DNA of 64,000 bases, taken from the NCBI GenBank assembly GCA_002269645.1, contig NIVC01000427.1, positions 1 through 64,000 of the forward strand, in the 5' to 3' direction. The position numbers were made by a program, and so were the translations under genes. Shown here in pieces: positions 12,929 to 24,599 of the stretch (position 1 is the first letter of the stretch; every line of letters begins with the position of its first letter). A model generated the notes under the pieces. It saw only the letters and a program-made list of their open reading frames with translations, made no database searches and was not told where the DNA came from. Origin of the DNA: Macrostomum lignano (Eukaryota).

Positions 12929-15900
12929 TCATTTGCCAGCAGCGGCTGCCCGCCTGCTAACAGTTTTATTCAGATTTGCGTACTTCTTCTTCTCGTTGCG
13001 CGACATTCGTTTAACGTCGCGACAGCCGCGGCCGCCCTCCCAGTGCGAGGTGCGCGCCCGCGACATGCCGGCGCCGCAGCTGGAGCACTTGTCGCTGACC
13101 GGCTGCTCTTTGGCGCAGTAGCCGCACAGCATCCTGACCGCCCACGCCATCTCGTGATCGCCTGGCGCGGCCTCATCGTGACAAATGTCGCATGGGAATG
13201 CCCGGCCGCAGCAGGGGAAGCGAAGCCAGCGATAGCTGCGCTTGTAGTGACGGCAGGTGCCGTTGCTAGGCAACGGCTGGCCGGGCCGAATGTCCGGCTC
13301 TATTGGCTTCTTCGGCTTCTTCTGCTGTTGCTTGGCTGCTCCGCTTGACTGAACAAAATATACGGTAGAAATATTTGCGGAATCCCAATGAAAATACTAT
13401 TGAGTTGCCTAACAGGGGGCAAAATGGCTAGTCTATATGACTAAATATTTTTGTTAGGAATTAACAACTCTAAAAATATAAATCTGTGATTCAACCGTTC
13501 CAGTGTTTTAAAGTGACGAGAGCGCAACTGATATTTAGGCAAATTGGTACATTATAATTATATTCCCTATTTTCCATGCTTGATCTGAGTCACTTAATAA
13601 TATTTAATTGGATTCATTGTACGCTAAATACGTTACAGTATTTATTCTGAATATGAAGATTAAACTGTTCAATAATTGATTGCAAAAGAAGATTGCGAAT
13701 ACTCAACCAATCAAAAATCCCAACTTCAATAGAATTCTCGAACCAAAGTAATAAAAAATCTTTTAAAATCCCAAGGAATCTAAGGGACTCAAAACTCAAA
13801 GGGAATCTCAAACCTGCAGGAAATCTCATACACAAAGGAATCTCAAGCCCAAAGGGAATCCCATACACAAAGGGAATCGAAAAATCAAAGGAAACTGCAG
13901 TCCGAAGTAAATCCCATCTCCAAAAGAAATTCTAAACCAACGGGAATCTCTAACCAATGGGATTCCCAAACCAACGGGAATCACAAACCAACGGGAATCC
14001 CAAACCAACGGGATTCCAAAACCAACGAGAATCCCCAACCAACGGGATTCCCAAACCAATGGGATTCCCAAACCAACGAGAATCCCAAACCAACGGGAAT
14101 CCCAAACCAACGTGAAGCCCAAACCAACGTGAAGCTCAAACCAACGGGATCCCAAACTAACGGGAATCTCAAACCAATGGGAATCCCAAAATAACGGGAA
14201 TCCCATACCAAAAGGAATCATAAAAACCAAAGGAAGTCTTAACGGTCCCCGACTCACTTTCCCATCGGCCACATCCGGCGCGCTGAGCACGGTCAGTCGG
14301 ACGCCCTCGGCTACGAAGCCGCCCCAGGCATGGCAGCGGAGGCAGCAGTGGCGCATCGGCTGTCCGCCATTACCAGCTAGCTGTCCGTGGTGCGTGTGCG
14401 GCAGCTGGCAGCCCAGACAGACAGTGACGAATTCGCAGTCGCCGGCGGACAGCAGGGCATCCTCGGCCGAGCAGCCGGTCAAGTCTAAGAAGCCAACAAC
14501 GGCCGGATTGCCGCTGAACGAGTGCAGCAGGCTCGGCCGGAAGCCGGCGCGCAGGGCGGAGCCGCACTGAGCACAGGCCATCGACACGTAGCCGGCTTTG
14601 GAATCGGCGCTAAGGTTGGCCGCCAGCTTCCGGCGACAGCGGAGACAGCGAAGCTCAACGACCAGCCGACGGACAGTCAAGGAGGCGACGCTGTCGCGCA
14701 GTTCCAGACGGCGCAGTGCGATCTCGGTGCCGCGGCGGACAGGATCGCGAAGCTGCTGCTGCGACGGTCGCTGCACAGAGTCGCCTTCTTCGTTCTCATC
14801 GCTGGAATCTTCGTCACTGTCGTCTTCATCATTGTTGTCATCAGCCTCTTCTGTTTCGTCTTCTCTTACGTCTGCGGAGTCCTTTGATTCTGCGGTTGCC
14901 GCTGCTGCCTGGGCAAATTTTTCCCTCAGCTGCTCGGGAGTGTAGATTGAGATGCCCGCTTGCGCCGCTTCCAGCTCGCGCTTGTACTGCGGGGGTGGGG
15001 CGGAGTACGCCTTTGGGATATCGATAGGCAGGAGGGACAGTCTGCCGCATCGGGTGATTGGGAGTGACAGACTGCCGCATCGGGTGATTGGGAGTGACCG
15101 ACTGCAGCATCGGGTGATTGAGAGTGACAGACTGCCGCATCGGGTGATTGGGAGTGACCGACTGCAGCATCGGGTGATTGAGAGTGACAGACTGCCGCAT
15201 CGGGTGATTGGGAGTGACCGACTGCAGCATCGGGTGATTGAGAGTGACAGACTGCCGCATCGGGTGATTGGAAGTGACGGACTGCAGCATCGGGTGATTG
15301 GGAGTGACAGACTGCCGCATCTGGTGATTGACAGTGACAGTCTGCCGCAGCTGGTGATTGGGAGTGACAGACTGCAGCATCGGGTGATTGGGAGTGACAG
15401 ACTGCCGCATCTGGTGATTGACAGTGACAGTCTGCCGCAGCTGGTGATTGGGAGTGACAGTCTGCCGCAGCTGGTGATTGGGAGTGACAGACTGCAGCAT
15501 TCGGTGATTGGGAGTGACAGTCTGCCGCATCTGGTGATTGGGAGTGACAGTCTGCCGCATCGGGTGATTGAGAGTGACAGACTGCCGCATCGGGTGATTA
15601 GGAGTCACAGACTACCGCATCGGGTGATTAGGAGTGACAGACTACCGCATCGGGTGATAGACGCACCAGCTGAAGCCCTGTGGTGAACAGATCCTCGAGG
15701 CCCCGGTCCAGCCAGCGCAGGAACTGGCGAAACACTGGACAGGCGCAGTCGTTCTTCAAGCAGTTCGTCTGTCTCTCCGACAGCCATTTGTTGATGCCGG
15801 ACTGGCAAGTTTTCAGCAGGCGTCTGGGCAGCTGTGGGGACTCGCGCACCGTCACCTGCATTGCCTGCCGTCCGGGTTAAAAGTGCATAATGAACTTTAT

Positions 15901-18900
15901 TTCAAGTGAAAAAAGCTAGAATTACACATACGGGACGATGCACACTGGAACACCTGATGGAACCAAGCACTGGAACACCTGATGGAACCAAGCACTGGAA
16001 CACCTGATGGAACCCAGCGCTAAAACACCTGATGAAACCCAGCGCTAGAACACCTGATGGAACAAAGCGCTAAAACACCTGATGAAACCCAGCGCTAGAA
16101 CACCTGATGGAACCCAGCGCTAAAACACCTGATGGAACCCAGCGCTAGAACACCTGATGGAACCCAGCGCTAAAACACCTGATGAAACCCAGCGCTAGAA
16201 CACCTGATGGAACCCAGCGCTAAAACACCTGATGGAACCCAGCGCTAGAACACCTGATGGAACCCAGCGCTAAAACACCTGATGGAACCCAGCGCTAAAA
16301 CACCTGATGGAACCCAGCGCTAGAACACCTGATGGAACCCAGCGCTAAAACACCTGATGGAACCCAGCGCTAAAACACCTGATGAAACCCAGCGCTAGAA
16401 CACCTGATGGAACCCAACGCTAGAACACCTGATGGAACCCAGCACTAAAACACCTGATGGAACCCAGCGCTAGAACACCTGATGGAACCCAGCGCTAGAA
16501 CACCTGATGAAACCCAGCGCTAGAACACCTGATGGAACCCAGCGCTAGAACACCTGATGAAACCCAGCGCTAGAACACATGCAACAATCCGAATTAACAT
16601 CAGAACGCAGTTACCTCCTTAGGAAAGCCAATGGGAAAGGCCACAGCAAGGGGCAGAGATTTCACATCGTACGGCCAATCCGGATCGCTAGACTGGAAAT
16701 CGAACTCGAACACCTGTTCGCCATTGTCAAACGTTCGCGTCAGCAGTTCGCTTTTGGGCACGCGTCGAATCAGAGTGGCCATCTCAGCCTGACGGAGTTC
16801 GGCAGCGGAAGCTTCGGTCAGGCCTGACAGCGACTTCTTAGTTGCCATGGACGGATTTGCTGATGCAGCAGCTGGCGACTGACGAGTCTGAGCAGGTCGG
16901 CTAATCACAAATCCGCTGCCGCTTTCTTTAACGGCTGCTGAGCTGGCTTTATCGGTCGGCTCTTCTTTTTCTTCTTCTGTAGAAGCAGCAGCAGCATCGG
17001 TTTTTGACTGAAAAGAGCAACAGGTGTACCACCATTTTGAACTCCATTTTTACAGGCAATTTAGTTTTAAGGGGCGGAGACTGGCAGTTAATTCAGCATC
17101 TAATGGAGTTTTGAGCCACTGGAGTTTAGAGCTAATGCAGTTTTGAGCAATGGAGTTTCGAGCTAATGGAGGTTTGAGCTAATGAAGGTTTGAGCTAATG
17201 GAGTTTTGAGCTAATGAAGTTTTGAGCTAATGAAGGTTTGAGCTGATGGAGTTTTGAGCTAATGAAGGTTTGAGCTAATGAAGGTTTGAGCTGATGGAGT
17301 TTTGAGCTAATGAAGTTTTGAGCTAATGAAGGTTTGAGCTAATGAAGGTTTGAGCTAATGGAGTTTTGAGCTAATGGAGTTTTGAGCTAATGAAGGTTTG
17401 AGCTAATGGAGTTTTGAGCTAATGAAGTGTAGTGAGCCGCTAGTTTATGGTTAGGCGTCGCCCTTGTCAGCTGTTCCCTCGCCTTCGCCCTGCCCTGGGT
17501 TGCTGTCTGCCGCTGGTCAGCTTCCCGCCCCTCCCTTTCGTTTGTCTGCTGCTGCCCCTGGCCTGTTCTGGCCTTCTGCGTCTCTGTTCTCAGCCCCCAG
17601 CTTCTCGGCTGTGGGCTGTCTCTGTTTCGCTTCCATCCTGTTTTCCTCTGTCATGTGAGCAAGTCACATGACAGCTCTTGCGTTCTTTGAGTCTTAAAGT
17701 GCAGTAAACATGTTTACTGCACTCGTTGGCCCTGTTTACCGGGTGAGTCACATGCTTTCGGACCCCTCCCTTTTCTAAGGAGAGGAGTGACTCAATTGCT
17801 AAAAATAGCAACTGAGTCACAGCCATGTGTACTCTGCCGGGGACCCTCAAGTGACGTCAGTTCTAAAAATAGAACAAGTCACGAGGTCTTCCGCGCGCTT
17901 GTACCCTGCCTGAGACTCTCGAGTGACGTCAGTTCTAAAATAGAACAAGTCACGAGGTCTGGAGCGTGGGAATTTCCCGGCTATAAATAGGAGCCCTCTC
18001 CCCCTTGTTTCCGTCAAGGAGTCTTCCTTCTGTTCAACCTCGAGTTCTACGTCAGCGTCTAACTGAGTGCCCGACTGCATACATTGAGTCTGTTCGTATT
18101 GGTCTGACTGAGACCCGACCAAAGCGCCCCAAGCCTACGAGAGACTAACTCAGCCCTCCCTCTGCCATCCAAGCCCGGCAGGTACTGCTGACGAGACGCC
18201 TTATACGTTGAGCTGCAAATCTGCACGTCGTGCTGTGTTCGTTGACTTCATTATTTCGTTCCGACGGGAAGCTCACCTCACCGAAGGCCGAGACCTGAAA
18301 GAACTGGTGGCAGCACTACCTACGCTACTAAAGTTAAGAAGGCTTCTAAGTGAGAGGACGGAGCCCAAGTCACTGCGCTGTACAGCAGGACAACCACAGG
18401 TACAACATTGGTGGCAGCGGTGGGATTCAAAGACCTACCAGGCCACCCCGAGAAAACCCCAAACTATTTCAGAAGGTTTGAGCTAATGAAGGTTTGAGCT
18501 AATGGAGTTTTGAGCTAATGAAGTTTTGAGCTAATGGAGTTTTGAGCTAATGGAGTTTTGAGCTGATGAAGGTTTGAGCTAATGGAGTTTTGAGCTAATG
18601 AAGGTTTGAGCTAATGGAGTTTTGAGCTAATGGAGTTTTGAGCTAATGGAGTTTTGAGCTAATGGAGTTTTGAGCTGATGAAGGTTTGAGCTAATGAAGG
18701 TTTGAGCTAATGAAGATTCGAGCTAATTAAGTTTCATAATGAAACGTTTGTAAAGTAACGGTATTCCCATTGTGAAGTTTCAAGCTTACGAGCTGTAAAT
18801 TTTACTCGTTTTTGAATGCGTGCAATTTCGAGCTAGCAGTTTATCTGCCGAGTAGAAGATAAAGCTGCTCACCTGAGCCAACGGGGCGGCGCCCGCCGGA

Positions 18901-19265
18901 TCAATATGCCGATACCAGCAGTTCTGGCCGCGCTTGCAACTGCCGCGCTGGTAGAACACGCACGCTTGGAGCGTCTGCGCCTTGGCAGAACTCTTCGAGC
19001 TGTCCTGCCTGACGGCGCTGCTCAGGTCGTGGCTGAACCGGCACCGGTCGCCATGGGGACAGACTCCGTCGCGTTTCAAATACCAGCAGACTGTGCTGAT
19101 GGTTACCCGGGCAACGGCGGGACCTCCTTCCACTGATGATTCTGCTGCTGCTGCAAGCGGTGCCGGGGGACGAGCGTGCAAGAATCGGCACTGGTTGCCA
19201 TGGCGACAGTTGCCACGCTGATAAAAATAGCACAGCTGCTGTTGCTGAGCGTCTTTGCTAGCCAT
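12929..19265 (-). CDS. Uncharacterised 710-aa protein: 3x CCCH zinc fingers, RWD/UBC-like segment, acidic tract, Cys-rich region, C-terminal CHY zinc finger
   Basis: Five exons, all phase 0 with GT-AG ends: 19265-18873, 17007-16615, 15864-15667, 14986-14258, 13348-12929 (2133 nt, open throughout). Motifs: CYFYQRGNCRHGNQCRFLH and two more CCCH; FDFQSSDPDWPYDVKSLPLAVAFPIGFPKE; CRHYKRSYRWLRFPCCGRAFPCDICHDE (CHY). Confidence 0.88.
13780..14225. repeat. Degenerate 17-18-bp minisatellite
   Basis: GGGAATCCCAAACCAAC-like units in intron 14257-13349. Confidence 0.85.
15035..15660. repeat. 30-bp minisatellite, about 21 copies
   Basis: Unit CGGGTGATTGGGAGTGACAGACTGCCGCAT makes up about 90% of intron 15666-14987. 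Confidence 0.96.
15944..16578. repeat. 25-bp minisatellite, about 25 copies
   Basis: Unit GAACACCTGATGGAACCCAGCGCTA in intron 16614-15865. Confidence 0.96.
17428..18471 (+). mobile_element. Solo LTR, 1044 bp (4-bp TSD is compatible with Ty3/Gypsy)
   Basis: Starts TGTAG and ends TTTCA; flanked by a GAAG direct repeat (17424-17427, 18472-18475). TATAAATA at 17982, internal 40-bp direct repeat (about 17850 and 17922), no coding capacity. Confidence 0.8.
17698..17989 (+). promoter_or_regulatory. LTR U3-like enhancer/promoter cluster
   Basis: 26-bp perfect palindrome with two GTAAACA (17698-17723); TGA(G/C)TCA at 17744, 17788 and 17813; TGACGTCA at 17852 and 17924; GGGAATTTCCC at 17968; TATA box at 17982. 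Confidence 0.65.
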
Positions 19266-19437
19266 GCAATAGTTGAATAGTTAAAAGAAACAAAATAAAC
19301 GCGCGCAAATATTACTACTGCGGTTTTGAGTAGTATCGGAACACAAGTTGAAAGATTTTTATATTTAAAAATTAAAAAATAAGCAATATTTTTAGCAGCT
19401 GGAAGACACTACTATTAAAAATTTAAATTTATAGCTA

Positions 19438-19770
19438 TATGGGTTAGAGCTGGAGTGAGTACATTTGGGGTTGGGTTAGAGCTGGAGTGAGTACATTTGG
19501 GGTTGAGTTAGAGCTGGAGTGAGTACATTGGGGGTTGGGTTAGAGCTGAAGTGAGTACATTGGGGGTTGGGTTAGAGCTGGAGTGAGTACATTGGGGTTG
19601 GGTTAGAGCTGGAGTGAGTACATTGGGGTTGGCTTAGAGCTGGAGTGAGTACATTGGGGTTGGGTTAGAGCTGGAGTGAGTACATTGGGGTTGGGTTACA
19701 GCTGGAGTGAGTGCATTGGGGTTGAGTTGGAGCTGGAGTGAGTGCATTGGGGTTGGCTTAGAGCTAAGTA
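19438..19770. repeat. 31-bp G-rich minisatellite, about 10 copies
   Basis: Unit GGGTTAGAGCTGGAGTGAGTACATTGGGGTT, about 170 bp upstream of the zinc-finger gene ATG. Confidence 0.93.
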
Positions 19771-20439
19771 CATTGAGGTGAGGGTGAAAATAATCTGTAA
19801 CAATTAAATTCTTGCCTTGCCAAAGAAACATCTTGCAGTGGTTTACCGACAATCTAATTGATAAACATTCCACAGTACTCAAAAATGTACAATTTAATAA
19901 AATAATTCATTTTTCAAAGACCAATCACACAATCGATTGCATTATTGCTACATGCCATCATAATGCATCAGCAGTAATGTGAAAATAAATGTTTTTTATT
20001 ATAAATTGAATGATATATATTTGTATTCTTTAAAGTAAACAGTTTGTTGGTTGCTGCAGCACAGAGCCACAGAAGTTTCATTTTTCTGTAGTACAGTACT
20101 TGAAGAATAGCATATATCACAGTTAAAAATACTTATGAACTATATTTCTTAAGAAAGTTTTGTATTTACAGGGCTCCCTCTCTTTCAGTAACAGATGACC
20201 GTTACCCGTTTATCAAGAAGGAAAATAGTTATTAAAACCACAAATAAACATAGGCTATTAAGAGCAATTAAAGAGGCTTGTCAACAAATTAAGATAATGA
20301 ACAGTAAATGAAGAGCTTGATTCTAACGTCAACGAATTGAAAAATTAAACACAATGTACAGAAGAGCGGATTTTTTTAATGGTCAAACTGATTGTAAAAA
20401 CTGCACATTACAATGTTATATTGTTACCACAGATACTAG

Positions 20440-20880
20440 AATAACTAGATGGGCCACTTAGCACATTTGCGTGTAAGCTACTTTCAGTTCAGTAGTAAGC
20501 TAAACAGAAGCATTTAAATGTATTTTTAAAGCCAAGGCTCATTTATTGGCTCTTACCCCCCCCCCCCCTAGCTAAAACCCCCAACCGCGCCTTTCCAATC
20601 TACCCCCAGCCCCGCCCCAATTTTTATTGCCTTTCTCGGAATTCCAGCCTAAAGCTGCCATGTACATTTCAGCGGACTGGCTAATGTACATTACTGCTGA
20701 ACCAATTAGCAAGCTGTTTTCGCCTGCAAGCTTTTGTTTGAGATTCTAAACTTATCAAAGTCATTTTAGCTGCCTCGATTTTTTATAAAAAAGCTTATGT
20801 ATTCTTCTTTGCTACTGAACTGAAAGTAGAAAGCTGTTTTACTAAGTATATATGCCTGAGTGGCCCATTTAGTCATTTCA
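20440..20880. mobile_element. Possible small MITE
   Basis: ACTAGATGGGCCACTTAG (about 20443) and its imperfect inverse CTGAGTGGCCCATTTAGT (about 20856); no clear TSD. Confidence 0.35.
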
Positions 20881-21304
20881 ATTTAGAATCTGTGATTGCT
20901 ACTTGCAGTAGCAAATAGTGTTTGTTATAATTGATGGAATAAACGTACAGAAAACTTTCAATTAGTGTGGCAGAGGCTATACGGCTGTTGATGAAACACG
21001 GAGTAGTCATTCAGGTATAAAATATACATAGCAATATTTCTCAACACCTGCACATCTCTAAGCAGGACTGAAGCTCAAAAATGTAACTGAATAAAAAACT
21101 GAGGGAGAACGACTCCGACCCGTATTAGCTCTTCATTATAGAACATAGGCTGGAATCTGCAGTGAGGGGCATTGCTAGAATGGGAGTTACATCTGTTTCC
21201 GGTACTTTCTCTGCGTTTTCGACTCTTCCGGGGAAAGCTCCATCTACTTCCGGTTCTTCTAGTGGGAGTTCCGTCTCTAGTTTAGTTACTTCTAACTAGG
21301 GTTA

Positions 21305-21600
21305 TTCGGTATTTTCCGGTGAGAGTTTTATCTACTTCCGGAATTTCCGGTGAGAGTTTTATCTACATCCGGTATTTTCCGGTGAGAGTTTTATCTACTT
21401 CCGGAATTTCCGGTGAGAGTTTTGTCTACTCCGGGTATTTTCCGGTGAGAGTTTTATCTACTTCGGGTATTTCCAGTGAGAGTTATCTACTTCGGGTATT
21501 TCCGGTGAGAGTTTTATCTACTTCCGGTGAGAGTTCTATCCAAGTCTGGTATTTCCGGTGGAAGTTTTATCTACTTCCTGTATTTCCGGTGAGAGTCCCA
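21305..21600. repeat. Degenerate ~32-bp tandem repeat
   Basis: Repeats of TTCCGGTGAGAGTTTTATCTACTTCCGG(TA/AA)T. Confidence 0.85.
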
Positions 21601-21779
21601 TCGATTTCAGTTATTTCTGGTGAAAGTTTCATTTACATCCAGTCCGTTCAGGAAAAAAAGTTTTGATAAATAAAAAATCCAGCTATATAAACCAGCAATA
21701 AGCAAATATCTACTCCTCTATAAGCCTCTGAGCAGTCAATACCCAAACAAAGCAGGGAGTAGATTCGTTCAGCAACTGA

Positions 21780-24404
21780 TTAGGATCGAAGCGCGGCTAG
21801 CCGATCCCGCATAGCGTCCATGTCCTCCTCCTCTTCTGGCTCGGCGCCTCCGGTGGCTCCGGCCGCGGCCGCATCGGCGGCGGCGTCTGGCAGACGATCC
21901 TGGACAGCGTCTGGCGCGGTGCCCATCACGCCGTTAGTCAAGTCAAATAGGACCTTATCAACCTCCTTGTCGGCGTCAGCTTCCAATTGATCGTCGTCGC
22001 CAAGCACGTCGCTCATAGCGTCCTCCATCATTTCGTCCATGATGCCCATTTTGGTCATCTCGCGGCTCATCTCCATCATAGTCTGCTGGATCTCCGGCAC
22101 CTTGACCAGCTTCTGCATGGCATGCATCACCTGTTGATTGGCGATAGTAAAAGCGATTTATAACTAAATGACATAAAAAAGAGCACTAGAGTTGGCGATT
22201 GATCTGCGTGTAGATGGAGCCCAGGCATCTGGAACCAGAGATTAGAGTGCCTGCTGCTCTTTGCCAAACTGCCTATTTTTATACCACTGTAAGGCTTTCT
22301 AGCGAGACCCTTCAAATATGTGCATCTGTTTATCAGGTTAAAAAATGTACACAAAAATTGGCCAATATGTAATAAAACGTGTAAAAAATGTACTCGATTA
22401 GCCACAGAATCGAAGATACATTTTAACTTCCAGTTGGTGAGTCCATGGCTTGTGTTGCTTGCTCCTTCACTCTGTGCATGGTTAGTCTATGGCCAAAACT
22501 CCCAACCTTGGGATACACGACATGATTGATGTAAGATTGTTGTCTTACATGATGAAAGGACTGTCACATGAACACTGTGTGGTTAAGGCTCAAATCTCTA
22601 CAGGTGACAAAATTGTTTAGTCATTAGTTAATCAAGTCAATGATTTATACGTTTTGTTTCATTGAGCCGCTCGTACATATTAGCCCATTAGCTTCAATGA
22701 CTCGCCCCATCTACTGTATGTATTGGGCTGTTAGGAAAGTTCTGTCCGTTTTGACTAAAATATGTTGGAGCGAGTTTTTATAGGAATGCAGCAGTGTTAC
22801 TCAGTAAAATAATTGCCATCGCAATCGATGACCCTCTGCCAACGAGAGGGCAGACTTTGGATGCCAGCTCTGTAGAAATCCTTGGGCTGTGATTCAAAAA
22901 AGTTAGTAATGCAGTCCTTGACCCCTTTGTCATCTTCAAACGTTTTCTCTTTCAGATGATGGTGCAGCGCTCGAAAAAGATGGTAGTCTGTAGGGGCCAG
23001 ATCGGGGCTGTACGGCGGGTGGGGCAGCACTTCCCAGCCCAGATCCAGCAGCTTTTGTCGGGTCAAATTGGCGGTGTGCGGCCGAGCGTTGTCATGAAGG
23101 AAGCGAACATGCTGACGCCCTGGACGCTGTGTGCGGAGGCAGTCGGCCACATTCTGCAGCTGGTTACAGTAGAGCTCGGCGGTGATGCTGGTGTTGGGCG
23201 GCAGCAGCTCGAAGTATACAACTCCTTCACTGTCCACCAACAGCAGAGCATCACCTTCTTAGGGTGCAGTGGGGCCTTTGGCTCTGGCTGTGGCGGCTTG
23301 CCGGCATCGACCCACTGGCGCTTGCGGTGTATATTAACGTACATCACCCACTTCTCATCGCCAGTGAGTATTGAGGCCAGCCAGTCTGTTGTTCTCTTGT
23401 AGGAGAGCAGTGAGGTGCAAATGTCTGCTCGGCTTTGACGGTCCCTGTCAGTCAGGTCATGGGGGGTCCACTGTCCAAGCTTGCTTTTCTTGCCCATGGC
23501 AGCCAGGTGTTCAGCGACTTGCACATGGGAGCACCCGAGAGTGGCTGCCAGCTCTCGTGTAGTCTGGTGCGGATTGGCCTCCACAAGTGTCCGCAGCAGC
23601 TCAGTGTCTATCTCAGATGGGCGTCCAGGGCGAGGTTCGTCAGCAAGGCTGTAGTCGCCGCTGCAAAAGCGATCAAACCAACGACGGGCTGTGCGGTCAG
23701 AGACAGCATCCTGGCCAAATGCACTGCACAGTCGTCGAGTCGATTCGGCTGCTGTAATACCTGCTAGAAAATCATATAGCATGCACTGCCTTAGAGCGAT
23801 GCTGTTTAATTCGAAATTTCTGGCCATAATTGGGCGCTGAAAAGCAAATGACTTGGTTAGAATGACCACAACTCTGGCTGTATATGCATACACAAGTATT
23901 GGATCCAACACAGCTTCATGATCCTCTGCATAGAAAAATAAAAAAACGGACAGAACTTTCCTAACAACCCAATAAATCAAAAAACTGCACTCAGCCTACT
24001 CATGTCTAAAAACATAAGGTGCGATGAAGACAGTCAGGCACTCAAATGTTCATCGATAGTGCTTATCACGCATCACACACCTCGGTACTCTTTTGCATAG
24101 CTCCGGCCATCCGGGTGACAGCCAGCTGGTGGTCCATCTCCATCATCACGGAGTTCATCTGGGCCTTGGCGGCGTACAATCGGCCAACAGCTTTGCGCGT
24201 CTGCAGCACCTCCTTGGCAACCACCATGGCGGCTGATTTATTGCCAGATTTGCAATACTTTTTAATTTCCGCCTCGGCAGTTTTCTGCTTGCGTTGTATA
24301 GCATTAATGTCTCGGTCGAGTCTGTAGCCCTCTTTACGCAGCTTAGACTTCATCTCGCGAACCTGCTCCTTCGGGTCTTTGGGTTTCTCGCCGAAGAGGC
24401 CCAT
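21780..24404 (-). CDS. CHMP3: Charged multivesicular body protein 3 (ESCRT-III, Vps24), 224 aa
   Basis: Exons 24404-24081 (MGLFGEKPKDPKEQVRE...AKAQMNSVMMEMDHQLAVTRMAGAMQKSTE) and 22130-21780 (VMHAMQKLVKVPEIQQTMMEMSREMTKMGIMDEMMED...AMRDRLAALRS); phase-0 GT-AG intron; C-terminal MIM-type motif. Confidence 0.96.
22723..23972 (-). mobile_element. Mariner (Tc1/mariner, DD34D) DNA transposon, 1250 bp, in the CHMP3 intron
   Basis: 30-bp TIRs TTGGG(C/T)TGTTAGGAAAGTTCTGTCCGTTTT (1 mismatch); TA on both flanks (22721-22722, 23973-23974); internal transposase. Confidence 0.97.
22797..23827 (-). pseudogene. Mariner transposase, about 343 aa if a single missing G at 23234-23235 is restored
   Basis: HTH region (AESTRRLCSAFGQDAVSDRTARRWF), WTPHDL, TGDEKW, HDNARPH, YSPDLAPTDYHLF with 34 residues between the last two Asp. 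CCWW/DSEGVVYFELL is split across two frames. Confidence 0.93.
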
Positions 24405-24599
24405 GCTTTGCTTCGCTTTGTAGGGGAATGTGGTTTACAGAACTTGGCTAATAGCTTTCGCGGTTAAGCACTGGGACGAGTTTGACATGAATTTAGCATT
24501 AAAAAGTGCAGGAATTTAGATCTAGACTAGAATGCACATGCAGTGTTTAGCACCTATTTAGCTTCAGAATTGCGGAAGAATTAAGGACTGGGGAAAACG

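Larger units (their letters stand above)
17100..18730. repeat. 16-bp minisatellite split in two (17100-17427, 18472-18730) by a solo LTR
   Basis: Unit GAGCTAATG(A/G)AG(G/T)TTT on both sides of the insertion, with the register conserved apart from a duplicated GAAG. Confidence 0.95.

Noticed and set aside
14841-15686. 244-255-aa repeat ORFs
   Set aside because: Translations of the intronic 30-bp array; the GT-AG boundaries give a continuous protein without them.
19438-19770. Interstitial telomeric repeat
   Set aside because: Only one GGGTTA per 31-bp unit; not (TTAGGG)n.
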